From contig CAWDRG010000017.1 of assembly GCA_963804645.1 (NCBI GenBank), forward strand, positions 416,001-480,000: a stretch of 64,000 bases of DNA. The letters are read 5' to 3'. Shown here piece after piece: positions 20,558 to 30,855 of the stretch (within the stretch, counting starts at the first letter, position 1; each line of letters begins with the position of its first letter). Origin of the DNA: an uncultured Bacillota bacterium. Lineage in GTDB: Bacteria > Sysuimicrobiota > Sysuimicrobiia > Sysuimicrobiales > Segetimicrobiaceae. Under the pieces are notes generated by a model that saw only the letters and a program-made list of their open reading frames with translations, searched no databases and was not told the DNA's origin. A program made the position numbers and the translations under genes.

Positions 20558-21304
20558 ATGTTGAAGAACCGTGTTGCCGTATGGGTGATCACCGCCGCGC
20601 TGTGCGTCGGGGCGCTCGGAGTCGCGCGGCCGTCCGCCGCCGCCCCGTCCGCGGGGGTCGATGCGCTCCAACCCGTGTTCAGCCGGTTGCTCGGCAACCC
20701 GCCGGTCGTCCGCGTCACCGCGGTGCCCGGTCCCCACGACGGAGCCTACAACCAGGTCGGCGTCTACGCCGAGCACGCGGCGATCCAGGGGCTGCGCATC
20801 GACCAACTCTGGTTCCGGCTCCTCGGCGTGACCCTGGATCCGTCCCAACTGCGCCGCGGCACGCTGCAAGTGGTCGCGGTGCAGACCAGCGCGATCTACG
20901 GCAAGGTGGCGCTCGAAAGCGTGCAGGATCTGCTCAATCATGAGAACACGGTGAAGGACGTCACGCTGACCGCGGACGGCGCCTCGACGATCGCCGCCGG
21001 CACGATCGTCTACAGCGGCCTTCCCACCCACGTGCGCATGCGGGGGACGTTCGAAGTGTCCGGGGTGCCGGAGATCTTCTTTCACCTCCAGGATCTGACC
21101 GTCGACGCCCTGCCCATGCCGGGCGCGGTGGCCGCGCAGGTCGAGCAGCAGATCAACCCCGTCGTGGACCTGCGCGGCTGGCCGGTGTCGTTCGCCATCC
21201 GGACGTTCCGCCAAACCGAGACCGGTTTCATCCTCAGCAGTCAGGCCGATGACACGCAACCGTGCGAGGCGTGCATCGGCGCGCCGGTGCAGCCGAAGCC
21301 GTAG
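20558..21304 (+). CDS. Exported protein, LmeA/DUF2993-like
   Basis: Signal peptide; beta-rich body with C-terminal INPVVDLRGWP, resembling DUF2993 proteins. Confidence 0.55.
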   Translation: MLKNRVAVWVITAALCVGALGVARPSAAAPSAGVDALQPVFSRLLGNPPVVRVTAVPGPHDGAYNQVGVYAEHAAIQGLRIDQLWFRLLGVTLDPSQLRRGTLQVVAVQTSAIYGKVALESVQDLLNHENTVKDVTLTADGASTIAAGTIVYSGLPTHVRMRGTFEVSGVPEIFFHLQDLTVDALPMPGAVAAQVEQQINPVVDLRGWPVSFAIRTFRQTETGFILSSQADDTQPCEACIGAPVQPKP

Positions 21305-21390
21305 GACGGTCGGGCCGACACGCGGCCCGGGGTCAACGACGCACCGGATGGTCGCTCCCGATCGATAGGACACCGCATACCCGCGCGGGC

Positions 21391-22275
21391 GTGCCGCGGG
21401 GGCCGGGACGCCCCGCGGCGGTCGCCCTGGCGGCGGGGTTTGCGGTCGTCGTCTGGGGCGCGTCGCCGATCGCGACCAAGATTGCCGTCACCCACCTCAA
21501 CCCCTTGATGGTGGCGATGCTCCGCACGCTTTGGGCGGCGGTGCTCCTCCTGCCGGTCGTCGGCGTGGGCCGGCTCCCGCGACCCCTCGGGACCGCCCGG
21601 TGGGCCCCGCTCGTCGTCTCGGGGCTCTGCGGATTCGTCGGGTTCCCGGTCCTGTTCACGTACGGGGTGCGGCTGACGACGGCCTCACACGCCGCCCTGA
21701 TCCTTGCGCTCGCCCCCGTCTCGACCGGCGTGATCGCCGCGGTCCTGGAGGGCCACCCGGTGTCGGCGCGGTGGGTCGCCGGCGCCGCGGTCGCCCTCGC
21801 CGGCGCGGTCGCGCTCGTCGTCTTTCGCCTGGGCCTTCGGGGGGCCCCCGAGTCGGTGGCGGGGGACGCGCTCGTGCTGTGCGGGCTCTTGTGCGGGACC
21901 GGCGGCTACGTCGTGGGAGCCCGGGCGGCCCGGGAGTACGGCTCGTGGGCGACCACGGTGTGGGGCATCGTCCTGTCGGGGGCCGCCGTCCTGCCGGCGT
22001 TCGCCGTCCTCGCCTCCCGGACGCCGTGGACGGCGGTCACGCCGGCCGAATGGATCTCCGTGGGCTATCTCGCCGTGATGGTCTCGATCGTGGGCTACGT
22101 CGCGTGGTACTGGGCGCTCGCGTCTGGCGGGATCGCGCGGATGGGGCTGGCGCAGTTCGCCCAGCCGATCGTCACCGTGGCGCTCGCGCTCGTGATGCTG
22201 CGCGAGGCGGTCACGCTCCCGCTGGTCGCCACCGGCGCATGCATCCTGGCCGGCATCTCCCTCGCGCGCCAGTGA
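21391..22275 (+). CDS. DMT/EamA-family transporter
   Basis: VVWGAS, ~10 TM helices in two repeats, AQPIVT..LREAVT; start approximate. Confidence 0.88.
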   Translation: MPRGPGRPAAVALAAGFAVVVWGASPIATKIAVTHLNPLMVAMLRTLWAAVLLLPVVGVGRLPRPLGTARWAPLVVSGLCGFVGFPVLFTYGVRLTTASHAALILALAPVSTGVIAAVLEGHPVSARWVAGAAVALAGAVALVVFRLGLRGAPESVAGDALVLCGLLCGTGGYVVGARAAREYGSWATTVWGIVLSGAAVLPAFAVLASRTPWTAVTPAEWISVGYLAVMVSIVGYVAWYWALASGGIARMGLAQFAQPIVTVALALVMLREAVTLPLVATGACILAGISLARQ

Positions 22276-22308
22276 TCGGGCGCCTCCGTCGGCGCGGCGG
22301 GGTCGGCG

Positions 22309-23322
22309 TTACGCCGGCCGTCTGGCGGTGAGGCGGCAGTTGGGCTGCTCCCGCACCTTCGGGTTGGCCAGATAGGTCGGCCATTCCCAACGCAGGAACT
22401 GGACCACCTGGCGGTTGACCTTCTCGCACAACTGCCCCAACGCCTCGACGGTGGTGGACGCGTAATGCGGCGTCAGCACGACGTTGTCCAGGCTGAACAA
22501 GGGGTTGTCCTTCGCCGGCGGCTCGGGGGTCTGCACATCGAGCCCCGCACCGCTGAGACGCCCCGACCGCAGCGCCGCGACGAGCGCCTGCTGATCCACC
22601 ACACCCCCGCGTGAGGTGTTGATCAGGATCGCGCCCGGCTTCATCCGGGCGAACGCCACCGCGCCGATCATCCCGCGGGTATCCTCGGTCAGCGGGGTGT
22701 GCAGCGAGACGATATCCGCCTGCGAGAGCAGTTCGTCGAGCCCGAGCTTTTCGACGCCCGCCTTCGCCATCTCCGGGGCGTCCACGTACGGGTCGGCCGC
22801 CACCACCCGCAGCCCAAACGGCAGCGCGCGCTCGGCGACCTTTCGGGCGATGTGGCCGAAGGCAACCAACCCGAGCGTCCGCCCGCGCAGCGAATGCATC
22901 GGCAGCATCGCGCCGGGGACCCAGCCCCCGCCCCGGACGTGCCGGTCGGCGAGGATCAGCTTGCGCGTCACGCCCAGGATCAGCGTCCACGTGGTGTCCG
23001 CGACCTCGTCGTAGCAGAAATCGGGCACGTGCGCGACGCACACGCCGTGCTTGGTCGCCGCGGGAAGATCCACCGTGTCGAGGCCGATCCCGGTGCGGAC
23101 GAGGCCGACGAGGCCGGTCGCACCCGCACAGAACGCGTCGGTGATCGGCGCGCCCCCGGCGACCATCGCGTGCGCGTCCCGGGCCGCTGCGATGCGCTCC
23201 GCCTCGGTCCGGCACGACACGTAGCGCAGGATCCCGCCCGCCGCCGTGATCGCCTGTGCGTCCAGCGGAAACCGCGGCCCCTTCTCTCCCTCGCTCCACA
23301 GCACGACCAATGGTGCGCTCAT
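22309..23322 (-). CDS. D-isomer-specific 2-hydroxyacid dehydrogenase (CtBP-like)
   Basis: GIGLDTVD, VAFGHIA, SLHTPL, INTSRGG, GLDV..EP, TPHYA. Confidence 0.92.
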   Translation of the reverse strand: MSAPLVVLWSEGEKGPRFPLDAQAITAAGGILRYVSCRTEAERIAAARDAHAMVAGGAPITDAFCAGATGLVGLVRTGIGLDTVDLPAATKHGVCVAHVPDFCYDEVADTTWTLILGVTRKLILADRHVRGGGWVPGAMLPMHSLRGRTLGLVAFGHIARKVAERALPFGLRVVAADPYVDAPEMAKAGVEKLGLDELLSQADIVSLHTPLTEDTRGMIGAVAFARMKPGAILINTSRGGVVDQQALVAALRSGRLSGAGLDVQTPEPPAKDNPLFSLDNVVLTPHYASTTVEALGQLCEKVNRQVVQFLRWEWPTYLANPKVREQPNCRLTARRPA

Positions 23323-23430
23323 CCCATCCTCCTTGATCCGGTGGCCCGCGCGGGCGTACGGTCCTTCCGCGGTATTCGGCGTCGTGACGGACGGATCATG
23401 CGGCGGGGTGTCCCGGACGCGGCGTGCGGC

Positions 23431-26392
23431 CTAGCGGCCGCGGCGGCGGCTCGCCGCGGGCACGCGGGAGCGGCCGGCGCGCACCGGCGCGCCGTTCCGC
23501 GAAGGCCGGGCCGCATCCGCGAGATGCGCCCACGACCGTCCGTCGGCGCGGGCCGGGACCTTCGGCCGCGCGGCCTGGAGGCGCAGCAGCTTCCGCAGAT
23601 ACTGGCCGGTGTACGACGCCGGGATGCGTGCGACCGTCTCCGGCGCCCCTTCGGCGACCACGTACCCGCCGAGATCTCCGCCCTCGGGCCCGAGGTCGAT
23701 GATCCAATCCGCGGTCTTGATCACGTCGAGGTTGTGCTCGATCACCAGCACCGTGTTGCCGGCATCGGCCAGACGATGGAGCACCTCGAGCAGCCGCTGC
23801 ACGTCCGCGAAGTGCAACCCCACCGTCGGTTCGTCGAGAATGTACACGGTCCGCCCGGTATCGCGGCGGCTCAGCTCGGTGCTGAGCTTCACCCGCTGCG
23901 CCTCGCCGCCCGACAGCGTCGTCGCCGACTGCCCGAGCGCGACGTAGCCCAGCCCGACGTCCGCGAGCGTCCGGAGCTTGCGCTTGATCCGCGGGATCGC
24001 GTCGAAAAACTGCACCGCCTGGTCGACGGTCATGTCCAGCACGTCGGCGATCGACTTCCCCTTGTACTTGACCTCCAGCGTCTCGCGGTTATAGCGCTTG
24101 CCCTTGCACACCTCGCATGGGACATACACGTCGGGGAGAAAATGCATCTCGATCCGGACGATGCCGTCTCCCTCGCACGCGTCGCACCGCCCGCCGCGGA
24201 CGTTGAACGAGAACCGCCCCTGCTTGAACCCGCGCGCGCGCGCATCCGGCGTCGCGGCGAACAGTTCGCGGATCAGATCGAACGTCTTCGTGTACGTCGC
24301 GGGATTGCTGCGCGGCGTCCGCCCGATCGGAGACTGGTCGATGTTGATGACCTTGTCGACCAGCCGCAGCCCGTCGATCCGCTCGTGCGCGCCGGGGTGC
24401 ATCCGCGCGCCGTGCAGATGATGGGACAGTGCGCGGTACAGAATGTCGTCGATCAACGTCGATTTCCCGGACCCCGACACGCCGGTGACACAGACGAACA
24501 TGCCGAGCGGGATCGAGACGTCGATCCCCTTCAGGTTGTGCTCACGGGCGCCGCGGATCACGATCGCGCCCCCGTTCCCGGCACGCCGGCGGGGCGGGAT
24601 CGGGATCGTCCGGACCCCGGACAGAAACTGTCCGGTCACGGACTCGGGCGTGCGGAGGATCTTCTCGAGCGGGCCGGACGCCACGACGTGCCCGCCGTGG
24701 GCGCCGGCGCCCGGGCCGATGTCGACGATCCAATCGGCCGCCCGGATCGTCTCCTCGTCGTGCTCGACCACGAGGATCGTGTTGCCGAGATCGCGCAGCC
24801 GCTCGAGCGTGTCGATCAGCCGCCGGTTGTCGCGCTGATGCAGCCCGACGCTCGGCTCATCCAGCACATACAGCACGCCCATCAGACCCGAGCCGATCTG
24901 GGTCGCCAGACGAATCCGCTGCGCCTCGCCGCCCGACAGCGTGTTCGCGGTGCGGTCCAGCGTCAGGTAGTCGAGCCCGACATCCACCAAGAACCGCAGG
25001 CGCGCGCTGATCTCCTTGAGGATCTGCTGCGCGATCAACTGCTCGCGCGCCGTAAGCGTCAGCGTCTCGAAAAACTGCAGCGCGCTCCGAACGGTCAGCG
25101 CGGACGTGTCGGCGATCGAGCGGCCGCCGATCGTGATCGCCAGCACCTCGCGCTTCAGCCTCGTGCCGCGGCAGTCCGGGCAGGGCGCGACGCTCATGTA
25201 CCGCTCGATCTCTTCCTTGAGAGACTCCGAGTCGGTCTCGCGGTACCGGCGCTCCAGCTGCGGGACGATCCCTTCGAACTCCGTCTCGTACTGGCGCAGG
25301 GTGCCCCACCGGTTGTGATACTTGATCCGCACCGCCTCGTCCGTCCCGTGCAGCAGCACCCGCACGAACTCGCGCGGCAGCTTCCGCACGGGCGTGTGCA
25401 TGTCGACGCCGAAATGGTCGGCGAGCGAGCGCAGGAGCTCCTGATAGTACTCGGCCGTTGAACTCGCCCACGGCAGCACCGCCCCGTCGAGCAGCGACAG
25501 CGACGGATCGAGGACGAGGGCGGGGTCGATCTCCTGCTTGTACCCGAGACCCGTACAGGTCGGGCACGCCCCGTACGGCGCGTTGAACGAGAACAGCCTG
25601 GGTTCGATCTCCGGCAGGCTGACGCCGTCGTCGGGACAGGCGAAGTTCCGGCTGAACGTGAACTCCTCGCCGTCGACCACTGAGATGCCGACGACGCCCT
25701 GCCCGAGCTTGAGCGCGGTCTCCACGGAGTCGTTCAGCCGGCTGCGGATGTCCGGGCGGACGATCAGCCGGTCGACGACCACCTCGATCGAATGCTTGCG
25801 GTTCTTGTCAAGCGGGATCTCCTCGCCGAGCTCGTACAGGTTGCCGTCCACGCGCACGCGGGCGAAGCCCTGGCGCCTCAGATCCTGGAACAGCTGGCGG
25901 TACTCCCCCTTGCGCCCGCGCACGATCGGCCCGAGGACGAGAATCCGCCGCCCCTCGGGCATCTCCAGGACGTGGTCCACGATCTGCTCGGGGGTCTGCC
26001 GGCTGATCGGCTTCCCGCACTTCGGACAGTGCGGCACGCCGACGCGCGCATACAAGAGACGCAGGTAGTCGTAGATCTCGGTCACGGTCCCCACGGTGGA
26101 CCGCGGATTCCGCGGAGCTCCCTTCTGGTCGATCGACACGGCCGGGCTCAGGCCGTCGATGTGATCGACGTCCGGCTTCTCCATCAACCCCAGAAACTGC
26201 CGGGCGTACGCCGACAGCGACTCCACGTACTTGCGCTGCCCTTCGGCGTAGATCGTGTCGAACGCGAGGGACGACTTCCCCGATCCCGAGATCCCCGTCA
26301 AGCACGACGAGGCGGTCTCGCGGCAGCTCGACATCGATGTTCTGGAGGTTGTGCTCGCGCGCGCCGCGCACGACGATCCGATCGAGCGGCAT
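23431..26392 (-). CDS. uvrA: Excinuclease ABC subunit A (one extra base at ~26300)
   Basis: N-terminus [26 protein letters not shown] is in one frame and [20 protein letters not shown] in another. Two ABC modules and Zn fingers. Length is 3n+1. Confidence 0.96.
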
Positions 26393-26414
26393 GGTGCTCC
26401 TCGAGAACTGAGCT

Positions 26415-26436
26415 ATGTTATCGAACGTGTGTTCGG
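26415..26436 (-). promoter_or_regulatory. LexA (Cheo-type) box abutting the uvrA -10
   Basis: CGAAC-GTGT-GTTCG at 26422-26435, next to the minus-strand -10 TAACAT (26420-26415) and a GGAG RBS. Confidence 0.8.
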
Positions 26437-26488
26437 TGATATGCGGGCATGCACCTTCTCACGTGGTAAACGCCCGGACGCGCCCTCG

Positions 26489-28660
26489 TTATTGCCGTGA
26501 TCCCTTCCCGACCCCGCCGGGACGCCGCCGGCCCCGGCCGCCGGAGGACGACGGCGACCCGCGACGGCCCCGCCGCGAGCCGGGCCGCGCGAAAAATGGC
26601 TCCCCGAGACCCTTGCGCAGCTCTTGCAGCTGGTCGCGCAGCGACGCCGCTTTCTCGAACTGCAACTCCGCGGCGGCCTTCTGCATCTCCCGTTCAAGCA
26701 CCTCGATCGTCCGCTCAAGCTCCCCGGGGCTCAACATCAGCAGGCGCGCGATGTCCCACGGCACCTGCTTGTGCTGTTCGGCGAGCCCGACCAGCTCCTT
26801 CGCGGTCAGCACGGCCCCGTCGCCGTCCTCCGCCGGGTACGGAGCGGGCTCCTCCGCAACTTCCAGCAGCTCGATCATGTCGCGGATCGGTTTCACGATT
26901 GTCGTCGGGGTGATCGCGTGCTCCTCGTTGTACTGGAGCTGAATCACCCGGCGCCGATTGGTCTCCGAGATCGCCTTCCGCATCGACTCGGTGACCTCGT
27001 CGGCGTAGAGGATCACGCGGCCGCCGACGTTGCGGGCCGCCCGCCCCATCGTCTGGATCAGGCTCGTCTCGGACCGCAGATATCCTTCCTTGTCGGCGTC
27101 GAGAATCGCCACGAGCGACACCTCGGGCAGATCCAACCCCTCGCGCAGCAGGTTGATCCCGACCAGGACGTCGTACGTGCCGAGCCGCAGGTCCTTGAGG
27201 ATCTGGATCCGCTGCAGCGTCTCGACCTCGGCGTGCAGGTAGTGCACCTTCATCCCGAGCTCCTGCAGATAGTCCGACAGATCCTCGGCCATGCGCTTCG
27301 TCAGCGTGGTCACGAGCGTCCGCTCGCCTTTCTCGACCTGCCCCTTGATCTCGGCGATCAGATCGTCGACCTGGCCCTTCGCGGGACGGACGTCGACCTG
27401 CGGATCCACCAGACCGGTCGGCCGCACGATCTGCTCCACGACCTGCGCGCTGACCGACATCTCGTACGGACCCGGCGTCGCCGAGATGAACAGCGCCTGC
27501 GGCACCATGCGGTCGAACTCCGCGAAGGTGAGCGGGCGGTTGTCGTACGCCGACGGCAGCCGGAACCCAAAGTCGACGAGGTTCTTCTTGCGGCCCCGGT
27601 CGCCTTCGACCATCCCGCGTACTTGGGGGAGCGTCACGTGCGACTCGTCGACCACCACGAGAAAGTCCTTGGGAAAGTAGTCGAGCAGACATCCCGGCCG
27701 CTCGCCGGGCGCGCGCCCCGAGAGCGGGCGCGAGTAGTTCTCGATCCCGGGGCAGTAGCCGACCTCGCGCAGCATCTCGAGATCGTACTTCGTGCGAAAC
27801 TCGAGACGCTGGGCCTCGAGGAGCTTGCCCTGATCCTGGAACCACTGCAGACGCTCCCGCAGCTCCGCCTCGATCCGGCCGAGCCCGTCGCCGAGCTTCG
27901 CGGCCGTCGTCACCCAGTGCTTCGCGGGCCAGATCGCCACGGCCGGCTTGTCCGCGAGGAGCTCCCCGGTCAGCGGATCGACCTCGTGGATCCGCTCGAT
28001 CTCGTCATCGAACAGCTCGACGCGGACCGCGCGGTCCTCGTAGGCGGGGAAGATCTCGATGACGTCGCCGCGCACGCGAAATCGGCCGCGCGCGAAGTCG
28101 ATGTCGTTGCGCTCGTACTGCACGTCCACCAACCGCCGCAAGATCTCATCGCGAGACTTCCGCTCGCCGGTCTTGAGAAACAGCATGACGTCCTGATAAT
28201 CTTCCGGCGAGCCCAATCCGTAGATACACGACACGGACGCCACGACGATCACGTCGCGCCGCTCCATCAACGCCTTCGTCGACGCGTGCCGCAAGCGGTC
28301 GATCTCGTCGTTGATCGACGCGTCCTTCGCGATGTACAGGTCGTTCTGGGGGACGTACGCCTCGGGCTGGTAGAAGTCGTAGTAGGACACGAAGTAGCGG
28401 ACCGCGTTGTCCGGGAAAAACTGCCGGAACTCCCCGTACAGCTGCGCCGCGAGCGTCTTGTTGTGGGCGAGGACGAGCGTCGGGCGCTGAATTTGCGCGA
28501 TGACCTCGGAAACGGTCCGCGTCTTCCCGCTGCCCGTCACGCCGAGCAGCGTCTGAAATCGGTCGCCCCGCCGCACGCCGTCGACCAGCTTGACGATCGC
28601 CTGCGGCTGGTCGCCTGCGGGGGCCTGTTCCGTGACTAGACGAAACTGCGCGTCACTCAT
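26489..28660 (-). CDS. uvrB: Excinuclease ABC subunit B
   Basis: [42 protein letters not shown]-terminal UVR motif. Confidence 0.98.
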   Translation of the reverse strand: MSDAQFRLVTEQAPAGDQPQAIVKLVDGVRRGDRFQTLLGVTGSGKTRTVSEVIAQIQRPTLVLAHNKTLAAQLYGEFRQFFPDNAVRYFVSYYDFYQPEAYVPQNDLYIAKDASINDEIDRLRHASTKALMERRDVIVVASVSCIYGLGSPEDYQDVMLFLKTGERKSRDEILRRLVDVQYERNDIDFARGRFRVRGDVIEIFPAYEDRAVRVELFDDEIERIHEVDPLTGELLADKPAVAIWPAKHWVTTAAKLGDGLGRIEAELRERLQWFQDQGKLLEAQRLEFRTKYDLEMLREVGYCPGIENYSRPLSGRAPGERPGCLLDYFPKDFLVVVDESHVTLPQVRGMVEGDRGRKKNLVDFGFRLPSAYDNRPLTFAEFDRMVPQALFISATPGPYEMSVSAQVVEQIVRPTGLVDPQVDVRPAKGQVDDLIAEIKGQVEKGERTLVTTLTKRMAEDLSDYLQELGMKVHYLHAEVETLQRIQILKDLRLGTYDVLVGINLLREGLDLPEVSLVAILDADKEGYLRSETSLIQTMGRAARNVGGRVILYADEVTESMRKAISETNRRRVIQLQYNEEHAITPTTIVKPIRDMIELLEVAEEPAPYPAEDGDGAVLTAKELVGLAEQHKQVPWDIARLLMLSPGELERTIEVLEREMQKAAAELQFEKAASLRDQLQELRKGLGEPFFARPGSRRGRRGSPSSSGGRGRRRPGGVGKGSRQ

Positions 28661-28675
28661 CACACAATTATAGCA
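28661..28675 (-). promoter_or_regulatory. Extended -10 promoter giving a leaderless uvrB mRNA
   Basis: TGcTATAAT-tgtgtg-ATG; no SD sequence. Confidence 0.7.
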
Positions 28676-28833
28676 TGCACCTCAAAACCCCCACCACCGT
28701 TGCACATACGGCCTGCGGCACCCCGGCAGGGCGGAAATTCATCACCCGGTTACGCATCCTCCATCGCGGGTTCACAGCAGGCCCCTATCCTGGTCCCAGA
28801 CACACCGCCGGTCGCACCGGGGAGGTGAGTGAC

Positions 28834-29331
28834 ATGACAGCCCAGAGACACGCCATCCGCATCGGCGCCGCGGTCGCGCCGCTCGTCGCAGGGACCGCCG
28901 CGGGTGTCATCGCAGCCGCGGCCAACATCGCAGTGCAGCTCCTGCTGGGAGTCCGGGATCCGTCGATCCGGGACACCGCGTGGTCGGCGTTTGCCGCCGG
29001 CATCGCGGGCGGGCTCCTGTATCTGGGCCTCGCCCGCGTGGTGCGCACCCCGGGCCGGGCCCTGTGGGCGACGAGCCTCGCGATCGCGGCGCTCGACAGC
29101 CTGCTCGTGATCCTGCTGCCGCTGCCCGCGGGGCACGGGCCGCACCTCGCGATCCCCATCGATGGCCTCGTCGTCCCGATTCGGCAGATGGCGGCCCTGG
29201 TCGGCCTGGGGCACTTCGGCCCGCGCCACTACCCCGCCAGGCTGCTGCCGGCCGACACCGTCCTGCACTTCATCCCGGCCGTGGCCGTCGCCACGCTGGT
29301 GCCGTGGCTGGCCGGGCCGAAGCGATCCTGA
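28834..29331 (+). CDS. Hypothetical membrane protein (~4 TM)
   Basis: GGAGG RBS, hydrophobic helices, conserved-looking LHFIPA in the last helix. Confidence 0.7.
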   Translation: MTAQRHAIRIGAAVAPLVAGTAAGVIAAAANIAVQLLLGVRDPSIRDTAWSAFAAGIAGGLLYLGLARVVRTPGRALWATSLAIAALDSLLVILLPLPAGHGPHLAIPIDGLVVPIRQMAALVGLGHFGPRHYPARLLPADTVLHFIPAVAVATLVPWLAGPKRS

Positions 29332-29338
29332 CATCAGG

Positions 29339-29370
29339 CGCGGACCCGGCGGCGCGCCGCCGGGTCCGCG
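29339..29370. terminator. Perfect 32-bp palindrome between convergent genes (possible bidirectional terminator without U-tract)
   Basis: CGCGGACCCGGCGGCGCGCCGCCGGGTCCGCG is its own reverse complement. Confidence 0.5.
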
Positions 29371-29446
29371 GCGCCGGCGCGCGGTCGGCGCACGCACGGC
29401 CCTCGCGGCGCCGTCTCCGGTCAGGGATACATCGAACGCCCGGCGC

Positions 29447-30199
29447 CTATTTCAGCGTCGGGAACCCGAGCAGCACGATATCGGCCAGGACGCCCAGCAT
29501 CAGGCCGTAGTAGTACGCGAACACCCGGGACTCGCGCACGCTGGCGTAGCAGAACACGAGCCCCGAGAAGAGCGCGGACAGCACGACCTCGCTGACCGGC
29601 GCGCGTCCAGCCGCGCGCACGAGCTCCATCGCCCCGAATCCCAGCAGGATCGACGCGACGAACCCCCACCCCAGCACGCCGGGATCTCCCAACTGTGCCA
29701 CCCGATCGCCCTGGAACACATATAGGTACGTGACGGCGATCAACGGCAGCAGCACCGCGGCGGCGGTCCGGATGCCGGGATACACCCCGTCGCCGAACGC
29801 GGCGATGACGAAATACACGATCAATCCAAGGAGGAACAAGGGGGCGGCTGCGATCACCACGGGGTGCACCGCGCGGCGAAGAAGCCACTGTCCCCAATTG
29901 CTCGCCGTCGAGGGGTCCTCGCGCACCAGGGTCAGCGCCGTCTTTGCTCCGCCGAGGAGGAACCCGAGCGCGGCCGCGTACTCGGGCGAGCCGACCCACA
30001 TCTTCGCCTGTTCCGCGCTCGGAAACTCGAGAATCGAGACGCGCGTCGGAGCCCACGCGCCTTCGAGCGGCTCGGAGCGGCCGCCGCGGATCAGAGAGGC
30101 CCCACCGTAGCGGCGGGCCGTCGCGACCACCTCCGGCTCGTACTGCCGAACCTGCTCGGGATCCGTGACGTCAAGACCGGCCACGACATACGCGGTCAT
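29447..30199 (-). CDS. DUF1330-domain protein fused to a C-terminal membrane domain
   Basis: MTAYVVAGLDVTDPE..YGG..LEG..ILEFPSAEQAKMW..SPEY, then ~5 TM helices; ATGA overlap with coaE. Confidence 0.75.
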   Translation of the reverse strand: MTAYVVAGLDVTDPEQVRQYEPEVVATARRYGGASLIRGGRSEPLEGAWAPTRVSILEFPSAEQAKMWVGSPEYAAALGFLLGGAKTALTLVREDPSTASNWGQWLLRRAVHPVVIAAAPLFLLGLIVYFVIAAFGDGVYPGIRTAAAVLLPLIAVTYLYVFQGDRVAQLGDPGVLGWGFVASILLGFGAMELVRAAGRAPVSEVVLSALFSGLVFCYASVRESRVFAYYYGLMLGVLADIVLLGFPTLK

Positions 30200-30855
30200 C
30201 GCACTCCCCCCGTCCCCAAGCTGCCGCGCGGCTTCGCCCCGCGGTCCGCGTGCCACCGGCGCCACAGACGCTCGACCTGGGCGCGCGTGGCCTCCAGCGT
30301 GCCCCCGTTGTCGATCACCCAATCCGCGCGGGCGATCTTCTCCGCGAGCGGCACCTGCGCGTCGAGTCTGCGCCGGGCCTCCTCGGGCGACAGGCCGTCC
30401 CGCGCCGCCACCCGGCGGAGCCGCAGCGCGTCCGGCGCCGCCACCACCGCGATCCCGTCCAGGTCGAACTCCCGGCCGTCGGTGGTATCCAGCAGCAGCG
30501 GGACGTCGAACACGATCGCCTGAGTCTCGGGGCGCGCCGCGAGCCGCGCGGCCTCCTCCACCATGCGCCGCCGGATGTGTGGGTGCGTGAGACGGTTCAG
30601 CTGGGCGCGGGCGGCCGGATCCGCGAAGATGCGCGCGCCGAGCCGCGGACGATCGATCGTGCCGTCCGCCGCCACGATCTCCGGACCGAACTCGCGCACC
30701 ACGTCCGGGTACGCAGGGCCCCCGGGCGCGAGGACGTCGCGCGCGATGCGGTCGGCATCGACGACCGCGGCGCCGAGCTCGCGCAGCATGCCGGCCACCA
30801 GGCTCTTCCCGCTGGCCAGGCCGCCCGTGAGCCCGACCCGCATCGGCCGCGTCAC
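30196..30855 (-). CDS. coaE: Dephospho-CoA kinase
   Basis: VGLTGGLASGKS, DADRIA, LTHP, DVPLL, VIDN. Confidence 0.96.
   Translation of the reverse strand: MTRPMRVGLTGGLASGKSLVAGMLRELGAAVVDADRIARDVLAPGGPAYPDVVREFGPEIVAADGTIDRPRLGARIFADPAARAQLNRLTHPHIRRRMVEEAARLAARPETQAIVFDVPLLLDTTDGREFDLDGIAVVAAPDALRLRRVAARDGLSPEEARRRLDAQVPLAEKIARADWVIDNGGTLEATRAQVERLWRRWHADRGAKPRGSLGTGGVR

Noticed and set aside
22699..28639. Long + strand ORFs (920 aa, 671 aa) opposite uvrA and uvrB
   Set aside because: Antisense shadow frames; the same applies to those opposite polA and the opp genes.
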